Position numbers and translations under genes: made by a program. 64,000 nucleotides of DNA from contig OY969696.1 of the NCBI GenBank assembly GCA_963702005.1, forward strand, positions 1,248,001-1,312,000. Reading direction: 5' to 3'. Numbering within the stretch: position 1 is the stretch's first letter; every line of letters starts with the position of its first letter. Shown piece by piece: positions 10,120 to 19,639 of the stretch. This DNA is from Candidatus Aminicenantes bacterium. Lineage in GTDB: Bacteria; Acidobacteriota; Aminicenantia; Aminicenantales; JAFGBC01. The notes under the pieces are model-generated. The model was given only the letters and a program-made list of their open reading frames with translations, searched no databases and was not told the DNA's origin.

Positions 10120-11746
10120 TCAATTGATGGCGAGGTTCGTGAAGGGCCGGAGATACGCCTGGAGCGTCACCAGAAGCCCGACCAGCGAGGCCAGGACGAG
10201 GCTGTGTACAAAGACGGATTTCAGAATCTCGCCCTCGTGCCCGTACCAGCGGGTCGCCGTGCTGGCCACGACGATGCTCTGAGCGTCGATCATCTTGCCC
10301 ATGACCCCGCCGCAGCTGTTGGCCGCCGCCATCAGCGTGGGGCTGAGGCCGATCCGCTCGGCCGAGATGCGCTGGAGGCTCCCGAACAAGACGTTCGAGG
10401 AAGTGTCCGATCCGGTCAGGGCGACGCCCAGCCAGCCTAAGAGCGTCCCGAAGAAGGGAAAGAGGACTCCCGTCCGGGCGAAGGCCAGGCCCATGGTCGC
10501 ATCCATTCCCGCGTAGCGCGTCACGAAACCCAGTCCGAGCATGGCCGCCACGGTCAGGAGCGAGAAGCGGACGCGGCGGAGAGTGGTCGCCCAGGTTTTA
10601 AAAAGCGCCCGGGGGCCGTATCTCATCGCAAACCCCGCCAGGACGGCGGCGACCAGGATCCCGGTTCCGGTGAAGGACAGAATATTAAAGCCGAACACAG
10701 CGGGTTCGAGAGTCGGGCCGGGAACGACCGGAGGCATCCGGACGACCGCGCGGTCCAGCAAGGGGACGGCGATCTTGACGGACAAGAGCCGGTCGAGAAC
10801 GGTCTTGACCTCGGGAATGCCCCAGAGGAAAACGACGGCGCTGAGGATGAGCCACGGCATCCAGGCCTTGGCCACTTCCCGGCGCTCCGGACGATGCTCG
10901 GGGCCGGCCGCCGTCGTGAGGCGGTCGATCCGCTTGGGACGCCAAACGAGCAGGAAGAGGACGAGGGCAGCCATCGAGGAAAGAGACGAAACGACATCCA
11001 CCAGCCAAGGGCCGTGGAAATTCGAGATGAGATATTGGGGGACGGCGAAGAAGACTCCCGCCACGAGAAGGGCGGGCCAGAACCTCGATCATCCCCCCCA
11101 GGCCGGCGAACGCGGCGACCAGCCAGAAAGGGACGACGATCGAGAAGAAGGGGAGGATGCGGCCGGCCTGGGCGCTCAAGGCACGAAGCGGCAGTCCGGT
11201 GACCCCTTGGAGGGCGACGATGGGAGTTCCCAATGCGCCGTAGGCGACGGGGGCCGTGTTGGCGATGAGAGAAAATCTTGAAGCGGCGAGCGGGCTGAAA
11301 CCGAGGCCGATCAGAATGGCGGCCGTCACCGCGACCGGGGTCCCGAACCCGGCCGCCCCCTCGAAAAAAGCGCCGAACGAGAAGGCCACGAGAAGCAGCT
11401 GGAGACGGCGGTCCCGGGTCACGGACGTCAGGCTCATCTGAAGAATCTTGAACAATCCCCGCTCGGTCGTAAGATTATAAAGGAAAATGACGTTGATGAT
11501 TATCCATCCGATCGGGAAGAGGCCGTAGGCCGCGCCGAAGAGGGCGGCGGCGGACGCTCGGGCGGCCGGCATGCCGAAGACGCCGACGGCGATGGCTAGG
11601 GCGGCGGCGAGGCCCAGCAGGGCGGCCCGATGGGCCTTCACGCGGAAGAACGCCAGCGAGCCGAGCAGGACCAGGATCGGGACCGCGGCGACCAGGGTCG
11701 AAATGAACCAACGGCCCAGTGGATCGTAAACTTGTTGCCAGGCCAT
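10120..11746 (-). pseudogene. lctP: L-lactate permease with a +1 frameshift near 11081 (pseudogene or sequencing error)
   Basis: WQQVYDPLG, FFEGAAGFGTPVA and ANTAPVAYGALG are in one frame; LTGSDTSSNVLFG and GGVMGKMIDAQSI in another. Span is 1627 nt (3n+1); deleting one base restores IEVWPALLVAG. Confidence 0.85.
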
Positions 11747-11826
11747 CCGCGCCTTATCCCGAACCGCTTATATCATGTCAATTCGGTCGGGGTCAAACCT
11801 ACACTTTGTCACAAAGTGCAAAGAGT

Positions 11827-12442
11827 CAATTTGCACGAAAGCTTTACAGGCTGCCCCGTGGCTTGCCACGGGGTGGAATGTATGCCTTGCCGAGGGGGTG
11901 ATAAGGGGGACCGGAAAGTCCCCCTTATCCACAAAGGCCCTTGCTCGGGAGTGTGGTAAAGTATATGGGTGACGCTGAAACGGACGAATCATTCGGTCTA
12001 CGACACGTCCTACCATCTGGTCTGGTGTCCGAAGTACCGGAAGAAGATTTTCGAGCGGGTGGAAGTCCGGGAACGAGCGAAACAGATCGTGGGAGAGATT
12101 TGCGAATCGTACGATATTGAAATCATCGAGATGGAAATTACCGAAGATCATATTCATTTGCTAGTATCATTTCCGCCATCGCGATCGATCGGGGAGGTCG
12201 TCAGGATCATAAAGAGCATGAGTGGGAGGGGGTTGTTTCGCGAGTTTGCGGGCTTGAAAAAGAAGCTATGGGGCGGAGAAGTGTGGGAGGACGGATATTT
12301 CGCAAGGACGGTCGGAGACCGGATGACGAGGGATGTGATCGCGAAGTACATCGTCAGTCACCGAGAACTGGAGCAAGGGCCTGCGCAGCTGGCCTTGAAG
12401 CTGCGCTCCTAATGCCCCGCGGCTTGCCGCGGGGATCTTTAC
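11827..12442 (+). mobile_element. IS200/IS605 family element (tnpA only)
   Basis: Subterminal hairpins GCCCCGTGGCTTGCCACGGGG (about 11853-11873) and GCCCCGCGGCTTGCCGCGGGG (about 12414-12434) flank a Y1 transposase. Local GC is lower. Ends are approximate. Confidence 0.85.
11969..12412 (+). CDS. tnpA: IS200/IS605 Y1 (HUH) transposase
   Basis: YHLVWCPKYR, HUH motif DHIHLL, W..GYF..TVG and catalytic KYI. Confidence 0.95.
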   Translation: MTLKRTNHSVYDTSYHLVWCPKYRKKIFERVEVRERAKQIVGEICESYDIEIIEMEITEDHIHLLVSFPPSRSIGEVVRIIKSMSGRGLFREFAGLKKKLWGGEVWEDGYFARTVGDRMTRDVIAKYIVSHRELEQGPAQLALKLRS

Positions 12443-12471
12443 TAAAGGCAAAAGTGTAGGTTTGACCCCAA

Positions 12472-13050
12472 TCACTTGGGGACGGCGATAAGGCCGTATT
12501 CCTCGGCGTTGACCCGCCAAGCCCGCTCCGTCCGGAAGCCCGCCTTTCGGATGAGCGAGACGGCCTTCTTGAGAGGGATCCTATCTTTAAGAGGGGGGCC
12601 GTGTTCCGTTTTCTTCCTGTAATAATCGATGATGACGAGTTTCGATCGGCGGTTCCCGCTCCTGAGGATGGCGCCGAGAAGGGCGCGTTTATCCGGGACC
12701 TCGTGAAGGACGTTGGCGAGGAAGTAGAATGTTGCGCCGCGCGGGAGGCGCGGTTTTCCGGCCGGCGCGAGAATCGCTTGAACATTGGCCAGCTTCTTTT
12801 GGGAGGCGGATACGACGAGGTCGGCGATCATCTCGGGAGCGATATCCAAGCCGTAAACTCTTCCCAGGCGTCCGACCCGTCCGGCGGCCGGAATCGTGAA
12901 AAATCCCGTCCCGCAGCCGATGTCCACGAAGACATCGCCCGGCCCGAGCCCGATCTCCACCAGAATTTTCTCCGCGGGAAGCCGCCGACGGCGCCCCGCC
13001 GAGGAAAGGCGTTTCCGGCGGGCGGGGTCGAAGACGCGGGGTTTGTCCAT
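12472..13050 (-). CDS. Class I SAM-dependent methyltransferase
   Basis: VDIGCGTGFF motif I, GLDI, NVLHE and HGPP. Probable start MDKP at 13050; the longer ORF runs through repeats. Confidence 0.85.
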   Translation of the reverse strand: MDKPRVFDPARRKRLSSAGRRRRLPAEKILVEIGLGPGDVFVDIGCGTGFFTIPAAGRVGRLGRVYGLDIAPEMIADLVVSASQKKLANVQAILAPAGKPRLPRGATFYFLANVLHEVPDKRALLGAILRSGNRRSKLVIIDYYRKKTEHGPPLKDRIPLKKAVSLIRKAGFRTERAWRVNAEEYGLIAVPK

Positions 13051-13116
13051 GCCTAGCCAGGCAACTATTCTATACCTCTCGACTTCGGCTTTCCAGCCCT
13101 CCGCGTTCTCCGACGA

Positions 13117-13460
13117 TTGACCCGTTCGCCGACGGCGGCTTCCGCCAGTACTCATAAGCCGGAAACGGCTTATGAGTGCGCTCCACCGCCTGCAAAGGGT
13201 AGATCCCACGGACGTAAGTCCGTTGAGATTCTGTCCTGGCCAAGCCCCGGCGTTCATGCACTCATGAACCGGAAACGGTTCATGAGTACTGGCGCTCCAA
13301 TGAGCATTAGTCCGTGGAGCTTCGGCCGGGGAGCAGTCTTGCAGCACTCATGGCTTTCATGAGTGTCGAAGGGTTGACCCGTTCGCGGCCGCCACCCTAC
13401 TTTGAAAAGTAAGGCTCAGGGTTAACACTCATGAGCCGGAAACGCCTCATGAGTGTTGAC
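13117..13460. repeat. Cluster A of REP/BIME-like hairpins
   Basis: ACTCATAAGCCG-GAAA-CGGCTTATGAGT (13150-13177); ACTCATGAACCG-GAAA-CGGTTCATGAGT (13260-13287); CACTCATG-gcttt-CATGAGTG (13345-13365); ACTCATGAGCCG-GAAA-CGCCTCATGAGT (13427-13454); TTGACCCGTTCGC at 13117 and 13374. Confidence 0.85.
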
Positions 13461-13528
13461 TCATTCCGGCTTCGGCTATAAAATAACCGTACCTTGGAGA
13501 GATGGCGAGGGATCGGACGAGGGCGACC

Positions 13529-14470
13529 ATGAAGCGGATCCTGATCACGGGCGGCGCGGGTTTCCTGGGCAGCCACCTCTGCGACACGCTCATCGATCGC
13601 GGCGCCGACGTCGTCTGCATCGACAATTTCTTCTCGGGCTCCAAGGACAACATCCGCCACCTATTCGCCCATCCCTACTTCGAGCTCATCCGCCACGACG
13701 TCATCCATTCGCTGTTCATCGAGGTCGACGAGATCTACCATCTCGCCTGCCCGGCTTCGCCCATCCATTACCAGGAGAACTCGATCAAGACCGTCAAGAC
13801 CAACGTGATGGGGACGATCAACATGCTCGGCCTGGCCAAGCGGATTCGGGCCCGCATCCTCCTTTCCTCTTCGTCCGAGGTCTACGGCAACGCCCAGGTC
13901 CACCCCCAGCCCGAGGCCTACTGGGGAAACGTCAACCCGATCGGGATTCGCTCCTGCTACGACGAGGGCAAGCGGGTCGCCGAGACGCTCATGATGGACT
14001 ACCACCGCCAGAACCGGGTCGACGTCCGGATCGTCCGCATTTTCAACACCTACGGCCCGCGGATGGCCGTCGACGACGGACGGGTCGTCTCCAACTTCAT
14101 CGTCCAGGCCCTCCGCGGAGATCCGTTGACTGTTTACGGGGACGGGCGCCAGACCCGGTCCTTCTGTTATGTCTCCGACCTCGTCGACGGCCTGACCCGG
14201 ATGATGGAGACGGAGGGGACGATCGGGCCGCTGAACCTGGGGAATCCGGCCGAGTTCACCATTCTCGAGCTGGCCGAGCTCGTCCTCAAGCTGACCAAGA
14301 GCCCATCCAAGATTGAGCGCCGGCCGCTCCCCTCAGATGATCCGGTCCGGCGCTGCCCCGATATTCGCCTGGCCGAGAGCAAGCTCGGCTGGAAGCCCCG
14401 CATCGGCCTCGAGGAGGGGCTGGCCAGGACGATCGATTATTTCCGCGAGACTCTGGGCCGGAGCGGCTGA
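13529..14470 (+). CDS. UDP-glucuronic acid decarboxylase (UDP-xylose synthase), extended SDR
   Basis: [39 protein letters not shown] and [19 protein letters not shown]. Confidence 0.93.
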   Translation: MKRILITGGAGFLGSHLCDTLIDRGADVVCIDNFFSGSKDNIRHLFAHPYFELIRHDVIHSLFIEVDEIYHLACPASPIHYQENSIKTVKTNVMGTINMLGLAKRIRARILLSSSSEVYGNAQVHPQPEAYWGNVNPIGIRSCYDEGKRVAETLMMDYHRQNRVDVRIVRIFNTYGPRMAVDDGRVVSNFIVQALRGDPLTVYGDGRQTRSFCYVSDLVDGLTRMMETEGTIGPLNLGNPAEFTILELAELVLKLTKSPSKIERRPLPSDDPVRRCPDIRLAESKLGWKPRIGLEEGLARTIDYFRETLGRSG

Positions 14471-14476
14471 GGCCCT

Positions 14477-15163
14477 ATGAAGCTCTCCATCGTGATTCCC
14501 GTCTACAACGAGAAAGAGACTATCCGGGAGATTCTACGCCGGGTCCAAGCCGTCAAGCTTCCGGTCCGGAAGGAAATCATCATCGTCGACGATTGCTCGC
14601 GGGACGGAACGCGGGATATCCTTAATCGTCTGGCCGGCCGGAATGTTCGGGTTCTGTTTCATGACCAGAACCGGGGGAAGGGAGCGGCCCTGCGGACCGG
14701 GTTCGCCCGGGCGACCGGTGACATCGTCCTCGTCCAGGATGCCGATCTCGAATACAATCCCGACGAATACCCGCGGCTCCTCGCCCCCATCCTGGACGGA
14801 CGGGCCGACGTCGTTTACGGCTCCCGTTTCCTGGGAGGGCCTCACCGCGTCCTTTTCTTTTGGCACTTCGTCGGGAACCGGGTCCTGACCACGCTCTCGA
14901 ACATGGTGACGAACCTCAACCTGACCGACATGGAAACCTGCTATAAGGTCTTCCGGGGCGAGACGCTCAAGAAGGTCCATCTGCGCTCGAGCCGGTTCGG
15001 GTTCGAGCCCGAGATCACGATCAAGCTGGCCAAGCTGCGCTCACGCATCTACGAGGTTCCGATCTCCTACTCGGGACGGGACTATACCGAGGGCAAAAAG
15101 ATCGGCTGGAAGGACGGCCTGGCCGCCCTTTTCCACATCCTCCGCTACAGATTCTTCGACTGA
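14477..15163 (+). CDS. GT2 glycosyltransferase (DPM1/polyprenyl-phosphate type)
   Basis: [36 protein letters not shown] and R...[10 protein letters not shown]. Confidence 0.92.
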   Translation: MKLSIVIPVYNEKETIREILRRVQAVKLPVRKEIIIVDDCSRDGTRDILNRLAGRNVRVLFHDQNRGKGAALRTGFARATGDIVLVQDADLEYNPDEYPRLLAPILDGRADVVYGSRFLGGPHRVLFFWHFVGNRVLTTLSNMVTNLNLTDMETCYKVFRGETLKKVHLRSSRFGFEPEITIKLAKLRSRIYEVPISYSGRDYTEGKKIGWKDGLAALFHILRYRFFD

Positions 15164-15164
15164 G

Positions 15165-17549
15165 TTGGACGCGGCATTGAAGAAGCGCCTCCCCGCTCTC
15201 CTGAGAGCCCTGACCTGGCTTTTTTACATCCTGTTCTCCTTTTATTGGTTTAAGGACAATATTCCGGCTTTGAAGTCCGTGCCGGGACGGCCGCTCGTCC
15301 CGTTCCTGCTTCTGGTAGCGGTTATTTTAGCCCGCCTCGTCCCGGCCCTGCGGACGAAGAAAATCCGGCTCCGGCCCGGCCGAGACGCCGTCCTCCTCCT
15401 CGCCTTGATTCTCCTGGCGGTGGCCGTCCGCGTTCCCTATTTTGTCCAGGGGGGCGGCATCCTGACCAGCGACGACGCCATTCCGGCCTTGATGGGGAAG
15501 CACATCGCCGACGGCAAGATCGCGCCCATCTCCTACTACGGACAGCTCTACATGGGTTCGCTCTCGAGCCACGTCTTCGCCCTGTTCTTCAAATGTTTCG
15601 GATATTCCCTGTTCATGCTCCAGCTTACGACCCTCCTCTTCTATCTGGGGTTCATGGCCGTCGAGTTCGTTTTCCTCAAAGAGCTCTTCTCCCGCGAGTT
15701 CGCCGCCCTCGTCGTCCTGTTTTTCGCCCTGCCGATCGGCGAGCTCGTTCGAGTCAGTTTCGACGACACTTCGGCCTACCCCCTCGTTCTCCTTTTCGGA
15801 GCGCTCCTTCTTTTCCTGTCCTACAGGATCGCTTGGAAAGGGGAGGACCGCTGGCTGTCTCTGTTCGGGTTCCTGACCGGGCTCGCCTTCTGGACGCATC
15901 AGGTCACGGCCGGCTTCATCCTGACCGCCTGGCTGGCCGTCCTCGTCCGCACCAAACCGAATTTCAAACGATACGCGGTTCTCGCCTCGACGACGCTGGC
16001 CGGGCTGTTTCCCCTCTTGATCCAGGAAGCCTATGACCGTCTTCACATGCTCAGGTTTCTGGTCGCGGGCAAGAAGGAGCCGATGAGCGCGGCCAAGCTT
16101 TCGATGACGGCCGGCTTCCTTCGAAAGCTCCTATCCACGACGGACCATCCTCTCGGAATTCTATTCCTCGGCCTCGTCCTCCTCGGATTCGGCGTCATGG
16201 CCGTCCGGGCCGTCCGCCATCGGGACGCTCGTCCCCAGGCGCTGTTCGCCCTGTTCTTCGGGCTTTTCTTCGGCGTCTTCATCTTTTCCGGATTCAGCGC
16301 CAAAGGAGTCATCCGTTACCTCTTCCCGTCCTATGCCTGTCTTCCGGTCCTCTTCCTGGCCGGGCCCTGGTTCCTTGTCCGCCGTCGCAGGATCGCCGCT
16401 TCCCTGGCCGCCCTCGCCGTCCTGCTCGCTTTCAACTTGGGGGGAGCCTTCTCCGCCTTTCAGGCGACTCGGACCCGCAGCCTCCACCTTCGCGCGGTCG
16501 TCGCGGCCATGGAAGCGACGGGTGTCAAGTATTGGCAGGCCGAGTACTGGACCGCTTATAAAATTACGGCCGTAGCCGGGGAGAGGGTCGTCGTTGATGC
16601 CTATACCATGGATCGCTATTTCCCTTTCCGTTTGGATTATTTCAACCGGGCCCGGCGCGGGGCTTTCGTTTTCATGAAGGATTCGACCGAAGCTTCCAAG
16701 ACTCCGGTCATGGTCGGCCTTTTGAAAAAATTGGGCGTTCCCTTTCACTATAAGGATGTCGGCGGGACAGGGCTCATCTTCGGCCTCGAAAGCCAGGTTT
16801 TCACCCCCCTTCTCTTCGGCGGCATCATCAAGGACTCTCCTCCCGGCCTGCCCGCGCTCCGGCTGGAAGAAGCCGCGACGGCCAAAGGCTATCTCCGCCT
16901 TTCGTTCCGGACGGACGCCGGAGGCGAACCGCCTCCCGGTTTTCAAGTTCAAGCCGAGATCCCCCCTTATTGTTCCCAAACCAGGAACTTGAGCCCGAAA
17001 CCCGAAGACAACCGGTTCAAGCTCGCGCTCCCGAAAAAAGCCGCGGTCAGGGCGGACTATTTTCTGGACTACTGCGGGCTTAAGATCCCCTCGTCGGTCC
17101 GGACCGTATCCCTGAGCCTTGCGGCGCCGGGCGCGGCCCGAAGGAAGGAGCGAATCGTTTTTCTGTCGGGCCTCGGCCCTAAAACGACGTTTTTCGGCCC
17201 GGAGATGAGGGTTCTCGAAAAGGAGGTTCGGGTCGAGCTCAACCGCCTCAAAAAAAGGAAAACGCGCCTCCGGCTAACGCTCTATTCTCCCTTCGAGTTC
17301 GAGCACACCTTCTGGTACGGCGACTATAAGCAACGGCTTGCGATCCTTATCAACGGGAAGCCCTGCGCCGAAAGGACGCTTCGCGACAAAGACAATGCCC
17401 TCGAAATCGAGATCGATCCCGTTCGGATCCAGCGAGGCCGGAATCTCGTTGCCCTGAAGTTCGAATATCATCTCCCTTTGATCTTCGCTCCCTTCAACTT
17501 GACGGCCTGCCTCCTCGAGACGATCGCCGTCGAGCAGGATCCTTCTTAG
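15165..17549 (+). CDS. GT-C (ArnT/PMT-like) membrane glycosyltransferase with a large extracytoplasmic C-terminus
   Basis: TSDDAI..LM loop with YGQLYMG after the first TM segments, about 11 TM segments and RYL.P; TTG start coupled to the GT2 stop. Confidence 0.65.
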   Translation: MDAALKKRLPALLRALTWLFYILFSFYWFKDNIPALKSVPGRPLVPFLLLVAVILARLVPALRTKKIRLRPGRDAVLLLALILLAVAVRVPYFVQGGGILTSDDAIPALMGKHIADGKIAPISYYGQLYMGSLSSHVFALFFKCFGYSLFMLQLTTLLFYLGFMAVEFVFLKELFSREFAALVVLFFALPIGELVRVSFDDTSAYPLVLLFGALLLFLSYRIAWKGEDRWLSLFGFLTGLAFWTHQVTAGFILTAWLAVLVRTKPNFKRYAVLASTTLAGLFPLLIQEAYDRLHMLRFLVAGKKEPMSAAKLSMTAGFLRKLLSTTDHPLGILFLGLVLLGFGVMAVRAVRHRDARPQALFALFFGLFFGVFIFSGFSAKGVIRYLFPSYACLPVLFLAGPWFLVRRRRIAASLAALAVLLAFNLGGAFSAFQATRTRSLHLRAVVAAMEATGVKYWQAEYWTAYKITAVAGERVVVDAYTMDRYFPFRLDYFNRARRGAFVFMKDSTEASKTPVMVGLLKKLGVPFHYKDVGGTGLIFGLESQVFTPLLFGGIIKDSPPGLPALRLEEAATAKGYLRLSFRTDAGGEPPPGFQVQAEIPPYCSQTRNLSPKPEDNRFKLALPKKAAVRADYFLDYCGLKIPSSVRTVSLSLAAPGAARRKERIVFLSGLGPKTTFFGPEMRVLEKEVRVELNRLKKRKTRLRLTLYSPFEFEHTFWYGDYKQRLAILINGKPCAERTLRDKDNALEIEIDPVRIQRGRNLVALKFEYHLPLIFAPFNLTACLLETIAVEQDPS

Positions 17550-17568
17550 GCGGAAGGACGGCCCGAGC

Positions 17569-17823
17569 ATGCCGAAACCGCGGCCGCCCGAGCGCTGGGA
17601 AGCCCTTCTTGTCTTGGGCCCCACCGGCTCGGGAAAGACTCCTTTGAGGCGCTATCTGGAAAAAACCGGATTCCGCCGCAAGCTCGAGATCTTCAGAGCG
17701 AGGACGTTCCCCCTCTTGGAATATTATCGGGACGCGGGGACTCCCGTTGTCTCCATCCCCGTTGGCGCCGGAACGAGGCCCGAGGAAATCCTGGCTCGGA
17801 TCGGTTCCGGAGGAAACAGGTGA
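17569..17823 (+). pseudogene. Internally deleted nucleoside-monophosphate kinase (Adk-like) remnant, in frame
   Basis: P-loop LVLGPTGSGKT is followed within about 12 aa by the Adk-like C-terminal helix RRKLEIFRARTFPLLEYY; only 84 aa. Confidence 0.6.
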
Positions 17824-19637
17824 AGATGCCGATGGCCCGACGATGCCACGGACTTTTCCGAACGGGATTCGCACTGCTGTCGGCCGTGATTTCCGCCGGG
17901 GCGGCGAGACCGGCCGATTCCAGCGCCGTCCTCGTCTCGCCCCGCGTCATCGGCCTGGACGGCACGGTCCGCGTCCTGGCCGCCGCCGAAAGCCCGCATC
18001 CCGAGGCCGCTTGGGAGCTGCGCGGTCCCGGGTTCGTCCTGCCCGGCTCGATGGCGAGGAGCGGGGGCGGGCCTCCGTTCTGGTGGTCCGCCGAGTTCAG
18101 GATCAGCCGGCCCGGCCCTTATACGGTCACCTTGATAAGCCGCGGCGGGCCCGTGGCGAGCCGCTCTCTCTCGATCCCCTTCGCCGAGCCGCGGCCGGCG
18201 GGGGGGCCGGGCGTCTGGCCGATCGAACGGGGCTGGGATAAGGAGATGGAGGATCTCTATGCGGCCTGGATCGACGCCCTGTTTCACGACGGCGATGAGC
18301 GGTCTTCCTGGGAAGCCCTCCACGACGTCCTCCGCGACCCCAAGCTGAACCTCCTCTACGATCATCTAGGTCTCGGCGAAGACGATCCGGACGCCCGCGA
18401 TGCGCTAATGATGCGTCCGGATTGCGCCGACAATCCCTTTTTTCTCCGCGCTTATTTCTCCTGGAAGCTGGGGCTTCCCTTCGGGTTCCGCGAATGCTCG
18501 CGAGGGACGCTGAGCCGGCCGCCGATCTGCGGCCGCTGGGTCTCGAACCAAGACGTGCCGTCTTCCAGCGGGGGCGTCCGCGCCTTCCGGTCGTTCCTGG
18601 GGCGGATCATGAACGCCATCCACTCGGCGAGCGGCCGGACCGCCCTCGATGACGACGAGACCGACCTCTATCCGGTCGCCCTCGACCGGTCGAGCCTGCG
18701 GCCCGGGGCCGTCTTCGCCGATCCCTACGGCCACACGCTCGTCCTGGTCCGTTGGCTGGACCAGACTCGCGACCGGCCGGGGGAGCTCCTGGCCGTCGAC
18801 GCCCAGCCCGACGGCACGGTCGGCCTCAAGCGCTTCTGGAGAGGGAACTTCCTTTTCGCGACCTCGGGCGTCGTCGGCGGGCCGGGGTTCAAGGCCTTCC
18901 GGCCGATCGTCCTCGAAGCCGGCCGGCCGCGTCCGCTCCGGAACGAGGAGCTCGCCGGGAGCGGTGTCGCCGCCCCGTTCTCGCTCGAGCAGAGGGCGAT
19001 GGAGAGCGACCTCTTCTACGACCGGATGGACCGCCTTATCAACCCCGAGCCCCTCGACCCGGCTGGCGCCTTCCGCGACCTGCTGACGGGACTTTATGAA
19101 CAGCTGTTGGTCCGGGTCACGTCCGTCGCCAACGGCGAAGAGTATCTGAAAGCCCATCCGGGAGTCGTGATACCGATGCCTTCGACGGGGCCGGCCGTTT
19201 TCCTGACCGTCGGACCGTGGGAGGACTTCGCGACTCCGAACCGGGACATGCGGCTCCTGATCGCCATAGACGAGGTCCTCGGCTTTCCGGACCGATTCCG
19301 GCGGACGCCGGAACGCTTCCGCCGGCCCGCGGGGAAGGACCCGGACGAGATCCGGGGCGAGCTCCTGGCTCTCCTCAAGAAGGACTCCCGCGATATAACC
19401 ATCCGTTATTCCGGATCGGACGGCGGCGAGCGCGTCCTGACGCTGGAGGAGATCCTGAACAGACGAGAGGCCTTCGAGATGGCCTATAACCCGAACGATT
19501 GCATTGAGGTCCGCTGGGGCGAGATGGAGGGGAGTCCCGGATACGCGGCCTGCCGGCGCCGGGCGCCTTCGAATCAGCGGGAGCGGATGAAGGCGTTGAG
19601 GCCCTTATTCGCCAAGCGGATTCACCCCGCCGGATAA
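17820..19637 (+). CDS. Secreted hypothetical protein with putative Cys-His catalytic motifs
   Basis: Signal-peptide-like N-terminus, RPDCADNPFFLRAYFSWK and DPYGH motifs; GTGA overlap with the upstream stop. Confidence 0.6.
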   Translation: MKMPMARRCHGLFRTGFALLSAVISAGAARPADSSAVLVSPRVIGLDGTVRVLAAAESPHPEAAWELRGPGFVLPGSMARSGGGPPFWWSAEFRISRPGPYTVTLISRGGPVASRSLSIPFAEPRPAGGPGVWPIERGWDKEMEDLYAAWIDALFHDGDERSSWEALHDVLRDPKLNLLYDHLGLGEDDPDARDALMMRPDCADNPFFLRAYFSWKLGLPFGFRECSRGTLSRPPICGRWVSNQDVPSSSGGVRAFRSFLGRIMNAIHSASGRTALDDDETDLYPVALDRSSLRPGAVFADPYGHTLVLVRWLDQTRDRPGELLAVDAQPDGTVGLKRFWRGNFLFATSGVVGGPGFKAFRPIVLEAGRPRPLRNEELAGSGVAAPFSLEQRAMESDLFYDRMDRLINPEPLDPAGAFRDLLTGLYEQLLVRVTSVANGEEYLKAHPGVVIPMPSTGPAVFLTVGPWEDFATPNRDMRLLIAIDEVLGFPDRFRRTPERFRRPAGKDPDEIRGELLALLKKDSRDITIRYSGSDGGERVLTLEEILNRREAFEMAYNPNDCIEVRWGEMEGSPGYAACRRRAPSNQRERMKALRPLFAKRIHPAG

Positions 19638-19639
19638 GA

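Larger units (their letters stand above)
11789..12469. repeat. 19-bp perfect inverted repeat pair bracketing the IS200 element
   Basis: GGGGTCAAACCTACACTTT at 11789-11807 and its reverse complement at 12451-12469. Confidence 0.85.

Noticed and set aside
11094-11099. C-run as a phase-variable cause of the lctP frameshift
   Set aside because: Homology continues in frame through GGMIEV past the run; the break is at about 11081.
11969-12412. RAYT (REP-associated tyrosine transposase)
   Set aside because: The sequence has classic IS200 TnpA motifs (YHLVWCPKYR) and its own IS-type end hairpins.
12413-13050. tnpB or cargo gene in the IS200 element
   Set aside because: The right-end hairpin follows the tnpA stop directly; the next gene is a convergent methyltransferase outside the element.
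13051-13347. N-terminal extension of the methyltransferase ORF
   Set aside because: It runs through repeat cluster A; the real start is probably 13050.
13150-13460. CRISPR array (28-nt palindromic repeats)
   Set aside because: Spacing is irregular (110 and 167 nt), the repeats vary, the spacers contain shared modules, copies occur elsewhere in both orientations, and there are no cas genes.
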